Assembly (NCBI GenBank): GCA_964347045.1
Contig: CAYFXC010000003.1
Location: forward strand, 38,701 to 102,700
Reading direction: 5' to 3'
From: an uncultured archaeon
Lineage (GTDB): Archaea; Asgardarchaeota; Hermodarchaeia; Hermodarchaeales; Hermodarchaeaceae
Length of the DNA stretch: 64,000 bases
The number at the start of each line of letters is the position of its first letter. Positions within the stretch are counted from its first letter, which is position 1. The translations under genes and the position numbers were made by a program. The notes below the pieces were generated by a model. That model was not told the origin of the DNA. It was given only the letters and a program-made list of their open reading frames with translations, and searched no databases. Positions 59,710-64,000 of the stretch are shown one piece after another.

Positions 59710-62583
59710 ATGTCTTCCAGCGGAGAGACTCAACTTGCACCAAAGACCATTCTCAACCCACACAGTCAGTCAGTCTCCAAAATAGCTCAACAACTGAACA
59801 CCGATTTAAATCATGGACTTATGAGTGGTGAAGCACAAAGACGTTTAGAGTTCTTTGGACCAAATCAGCTCCCCAAGATTCGAGGTTCCTTTTGGCGTGT
59901 ATACCTCGCTCCAATTCTTAATGGTTTAATCCTCATCTATTTGGTTGTAATTGTTATCTTATCTGCCATTGTCATCTTCTTTAACACACCAGGAACCTCC
60001 AATGTAATAATCTGGATCATTATCATCGCCTTTAACGCATTCTTAGCCATTATTCAACAATTTCGGGCGCAGAAGAAATTGGAAGCGCTCCATTCGTTGA
60101 CGACTGATACAACAATGGTTATACGAGAAGGAATAAAGAGTGAAATTCCTGCGCACACGGTTGTTCCTGGCGATATAGTCGTATTAGCACAAGGTGACCG
60201 AATACCTGCAGATGGACGGCTTTTAGAAGCAAATCAACTCACCTCTGTGGAAGCCTCACTAACTGGTGAAAGTGCCCCTGTCACAAAAATTGTTTCACAT
60301 TCCCCCTTAGAATTAGAAACACCACTACATGAACGCTATAATATGGTTTATAGTGGGACATATGTAGCTACAGGTTCAGGTAACTTTGTTGTAACGGGAA
60401 CGGGGGAAGCAACTGAAATTGGGGAAATAAGTCAAGGTTTGGAAACATTAAACACCGGGGATATTCCACTTCGCCGGAAAGTCAACCGCCTAGCAATTTA
60501 CCTTGGAGCCGCTGCCATTTTTCTAGCTGTGTTAGGTTTTGCTTCATACCTAGTCTTCCCCCGACCTATTGATGGTGTCATTCTTACTCCACCTGAAGTT
60601 GCTGTTGAAGCAATAATTAACGCGATGACAGTGATGCCGATTAATATCCCTCTCCTTACCACTATTGTCTTACTCACAGGGGTATTAGCCATGGCCGGTG
60701 TCGGTGTCATTGTTAGTGATCTTTCTGCCGTTGAGAGTTTGGGTCGGGTTAGCATAATCTGTACAGATAAAACCGGTACCCTCACCCGCAGCGAGATGAT
60801 GGTAAGCCTGATCTGGGATTCCTCTCATCTTTTTCAAGTTACCGGCGAAGGCTTTGAACCCAAAGGGGAGATTTTACTTGTTAGTGATCCTAACTCCAAC
60901 CCAAATGTTGTATCCGCGTCATCAATTGAAATTGAAGATTATAACCAACTGGCATTATTAATTCGGGCTGGAGTGCTCAATAATGATGCCCAAATCGTGC
61001 AAGAAGAAGCAACGGAAGGTGGAACATTACAATGGCGGGCTATAGGTGATCCAACTGAGGCGGCTCTCCTCGTCTTACTCAATAAGAGCGGCATTGACGA
61101 AAGTTCCTTACGGGCCGCATACACCTTCAAACAAGATTATCCCTTCGATTCTCGGCTCAAACGAATGACACGGATATTTTCTCATCCAGAAGGTGGATAC
61201 ATTGCCTTCATTAAAGGAGCGACTGATATTTTGCTTTCGCGATGTAAACAAATAGGCGATGATCGGAAAGCTCAGCGGCTCACTAAGAAACAAGCCAAAG
61301 AAATTGAGCGTTATGCCAATAAATTTGCCGCTGGGGGTTATCGCGTTCTTTCCTTTGCCATCCGACGATTTAATCAGTTGCCTAAAGGTCGAGGACAAGC
61401 CCTCAGAAAGAATATCGAGAAGAATCTGACATTTGTGGGGTTTGTATGTATTGTAGATCCACCTCGTGAAGGGGTTCGTGAAGCAGTCGTTGAGGTGTCC
61501 AATGCAGGCGTTAAAACTGTCATGATCACTGGTGATGCTGCAGCGACCGCGGAAACTATTGGCCGACAACTAGCAATCGTTGGAAAAGATGATCTTGTTA
61601 TCGAAGGCAAAGATGCTACTAATGTATCTGATGAAAAATTCGATCGAGTAAGCGTTTTTGCACGAGTTGATCCAGAAGATAAGCAAATTATTGTTGAACG
61701 CTACAAGAAAGCAAAACGTGCTGTCGCTGTTACTGGCGATGGCGTTAACGACGCGCTCGCTTTAAGCATGAGTGATGTTGGAATTGCCATGGGAATCACT
61801 GGTACAGATGTGGCAAAAGAAGCATCAGACATGATCATCGCTGATGATAGCTATAATTCAATCGTGGACGGCGTTCGTCAGGGTCGAGGGCTCTTCAGCA
61901 AGATTCGGGTGATGATCTTTTTCTATATTTGTATTAATGTTGGTGAATCTATTCTTTTCTTTGGAACATTTCTCCTAGGAATCCCCTTCCTTACACCAAC
62001 TCAACACATCTTTTTGACTATCTCTAGCCACACATGGCCTGGTCTTGCTTTAGTGTTTGATCGTACGGCAAAATATATCATGGAGGAAAAGCCCCGTGAC
62101 ACTGAATCCATTATCACAAAACGAATTGGATATTATCTGCTCCTAAATGCGCTACTCATTTTCATTGGTGCAGCAAGTGCATTCTATTTCACCTTTAGTT
62201 CCTTGCTTCTCGGAAGCACCTTTCTTGAGCCATATAGTCCAGAGGCTTTTTACAAAAGCCTTACAATGACTATAGCTGTTCTCCTCTTTGCAGAATCCCT
62301 GATGATTTTAAGCATTCGCCGAATTAACCAATCCTTATGGCGTTCAATTCGCTTTGAAAGCTTTTGGCTTATTTATATCCTGATCGGACTTGTCTTTCTC
62401 ATGTTTGCGGGGTTGATGTATATCCCCGAAGTCAATATCTTCCTAGCATCTCTGGGTATCGATTTTCAATTCATACCATTAGCTCCCATCGACTGGCTTG
62501 TTACGTTCCTTCTTGCATCGCCAGCAATCTTCGGTATGGAAGCTGTAAAATGGGTTTGCCGTAAACGAGGTATCATTTTCTAA
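59710..62583 (+). CDS. P-type ATPase on a P2A scaffold with atypical transport site
   Basis: TGES, DKTGT, KGA, DPPR, TGD, GDGVND; TM4 reads PINIP rather than PEGLP. Confidence 0.92.
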   Translation: MSSSGETQLAPKTILNPHSQSVSKIAQQLNTDLNHGLMSGEAQRRLEFFGPNQLPKIRGSFWRVYLAPILNGLILIYLVVIVILSAIVIFFNTPGTSNVIIWIIIIAFNAFLAIIQQFRAQKKLEALHSLTTDTTMVIREGIKSEIPAHTVVPGDIVVLAQGDRIPADGRLLEANQLTSVEASLTGESAPVTKIVSHSPLELETPLHERYNMVYSGTYVATGSGNFVVTGTGEATEIGEISQGLETLNTGDIPLRRKVNRLAIYLGAAAIFLAVLGFASYLVFPRPIDGVILTPPEVAVEAIINAMTVMPINIPLLTTIVLLTGVLAMAGVGVIVSDLSAVESLGRVSIICTDKTGTLTRSEMMVSLIWDSSHLFQVTGEGFEPKGEILLVSDPNSNPNVVSASSIEIEDYNQLALLIRAGVLNNDAQIVQEEATEGGTLQWRAIGDPTEAALLVLLNKSGIDESSLRAAYTFKQDYPFDSRLKRMTRIFSHPEGGYIAFIKGATDILLSRCKQIGDDRKAQRLTKKQAKEIERYANKFAAGGYRVLSFAIRRFNQLPKGRGQALRKNIEKNLTFVGFVCIVDPPREGVREAVVEVSNAGVKTVMITGDAAATAETIGRQLAIVGKDDLVIEGKDATNVSDEKFDRVSVFARVDPEDKQIIVERYKKAKRAVAVTGDGVNDALALSMSDVGIAMGITGTDVAKEASDMIIADDSYNSIVDGVRQGRGLFSKIRVMIFFYICINVGESILFFGTFLLGIPFLTPTQHIFLTISSHTWPGLALVFDRTAKYIMEEKPRDTESIITKRIGYYLLLNALLIFIGAASAFYFTFSSLLLGSTFLEPYSPEAFYKSLTMTIAVLLFAESLMILSIRRINQSLWRSIRFESFWLIYILIGLVFLMFAGLMYIPEVNIFLASLGIDFQFIPLAPIDWLVTFLLASPAIFGMEAVKWVCRKRGIIF

Positions 62584-62658
62584 GAATTGATACCCTTAAC
62601 ACAAACTTTTTTTTCTCTCATACTTGTACACCAAGAACAATTTCAAGGTGAACATATT

Positions 62659-63771
62659 ATGGTTGATGAGCGCATTTCTCGGCTAGCTCAACTTACTGTT
62701 GAATATTCTCTCGACGTCAAAAAGGGTGATTTGGTTGGTGTCAGTGCACCCGCATTCGCTGAGCCTCTGGTCGTTGAATTAACCAGAGAAATCATGAAAG
62801 CTGGAGGGCATCCTTTTACTCGTATTTATCTTCCGCGTTCTCAAGAAATCTTCTACAGATATGCCCAAGACCACCAACTCGACTATCTTAACCCACTCCT
62901 TCTTGACATGGTTGATAAGCTTGACAACTACATCGTCATCTTCTCATCTGATAACCGGAAAGCCATGACTAATGTGGATCCAGCTAAACAAGCTCGTGTT
63001 GCCAAAGCGCAAACTGAACTCAATAAAAGATTCACAGCTCGACTTAAACAGGGTTGGTATGCTCTAATCCCTTATCCTTCAGCAAGCCTCGCGCAAGAAG
63101 GCAACATGGGAACTGAAGAATACGAAGATTTTGTTTATAGTGCTTGTCTAGTTGACAAACCCAACCCTGTCAAACTCTGGAAACAAATTAGTAACAAACA
63201 AGCGAAAATTACGGCGTATCTGAATTCAAAAAATATCCTCCGTGTTATAGGCGACGATATCGACTTGACAGCGAAAATCACTGGCCGAAACTGGGTCAAT
63301 GCAGACGGACACATGAATATGCCTGATGGCGAGATTTTTACAACGCCTCTTGAAGACAGTGTTGAGGGAACGATTCGCTTTTCCTATCCTGGTATCTTTA
63401 TGGGTAAGGAAGTTGAAGATATCTCATTAACTTTTAAGAAAGGCGTGGTAGCAAAAGCTACTGCTGAAAAAGGGCAAGATCTCCTTAATCATATTCTTGG
63501 GATTGACGAAGGTGCAAAGCGATTAGGAGAGTTCGCGATCGGAACGAATCCTGGTATAACGAAATTTACAAAAAACATATTGTTTGACGAGAAACTAACG
63601 GGAACCATTCACTGTGCTCTCGGAAACGCATTCGAAGAAAGTGGAGGGAAAAACGAATCAGCGATACACTGGGATATTCTCGCGGATATGTCTAAGGGAG
63701 GAAAAATCTTCGCAGATGATGAACTATTCTATAAGAATGGCAAGTTTTTGATGAAAGTAATTGATCAATGA
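62659..63771 (+). CDS. M29 (AmpS/AmpT) aminopeptidase
   Basis: NMPDGEIFT, LGEFAIG, ILFDEK..GTIH.ALG, SAIHWD. Confidence 0.93.
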   Translation: MVDERISRLAQLTVEYSLDVKKGDLVGVSAPAFAEPLVVELTREIMKAGGHPFTRIYLPRSQEIFYRYAQDHQLDYLNPLLLDMVDKLDNYIVIFSSDNRKAMTNVDPAKQARVAKAQTELNKRFTARLKQGWYALIPYPSASLAQEGNMGTEEYEDFVYSACLVDKPNPVKLWKQISNKQAKITAYLNSKNILRVIGDDIDLTAKITGRNWVNADGHMNMPDGEIFTTPLEDSVEGTIRFSYPGIFMGKEVEDISLTFKKGVVAKATAEKGQDLLNHILGIDEGAKRLGEFAIGTNPGITKFTKNILFDEKLTGTIHCALGNAFEESGGKNESAIHWDILADMSKGGKIFADDELFYKNGKFLMKVIDQ

Positions 63772-63784
63772 TATCCCCTGGCTC

Positions 63785-64000
63785 TCACTTTGTCGGCACA
63801 GACTCCATCTTGAAAATAACTTTGCAGCCTTTCAATGTGGCGTGGACTTGGTTAGCCACTTCAACCATGTCCTGTACAGAACCATTTTCATCCCACTCGA
63901 TAACGAAATCATAGTTGCCAGCGACAGGTTGAAATCCCATACGCATTAATCGTTCTGCAACTTCGCTAGGAGCAGCCCCCTCGCTACTCACATAGATTGT
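63785..64000 (-). CDS. Small conserved archaeal hypothetical protein (5' end outside window)
   Basis: Frame open to the window edge (TIYVSSEGAAPSEV...GF....GNYDF...W...HATLKG). Confidence 0.7.
   Translation of the reverse strand, partial: TIYVSSEGAAPSEVAERLMRMGFQPVAGNYDFVIEWDENGSVQDMVEVANQVHATLKGCKVIFKMESVPTK

Noticed and set aside
1-64000. CRISPR array, DGR, transposase or integrase
   Set aside because: No regularly spaced repeats, no reverse transcriptase or TR/VR pair, and no recombinase motifs seen

Overview
Archaeal chromosomal window (TBP, CDC48 with HbYX tail, thiolase/DUF35 pair, TATA boxes, GGTGA-type ribosome-binding sites). It is most likely from an Asgard archaeon, which is an inference from the giant single-pass surface proteins and eukaryote-like motifs. 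1-14 kb holds three tandem giant Ig-like surface proteins sharing a strongly conserved cytoplasmic helical module. 14-43.5 kb holds mostly core genes: acyl-CoA metabolism, a DapA-type aldolase fused to formaldehyde-activating enzyme, RNA modification, PadR-CDC48 and TBP. This stretch also has an unannotated H/ACA-type guide RNA, two genes lacking canonical starts, an alpha-SNAP-like/Ig protein and a small BRK1/CCDC53-like, proline-rich, VASP-like protein. 43.7-56.4 kb holds group 4 [NiFe]-hydrogenase genes separated by an accessory island. The strongest unexplained signal is here. A decayed second copy of the large-subunit 3' tail (48170-48279) starts at the maturation cleavage site. An HTH-LAGLIDADG gene abuts the live tail, and a sharp strand-composition inversion is centred on the same site. 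Together these suggest a tail-swapping integration hotspot. 57-64 kb holds LonC, a P2A-scaffold P-type ATPase with a flippase-like PINIP TM4 motif, and an M29 aminopeptidase. All family calls are from motif recognition by eye; no searches were run.
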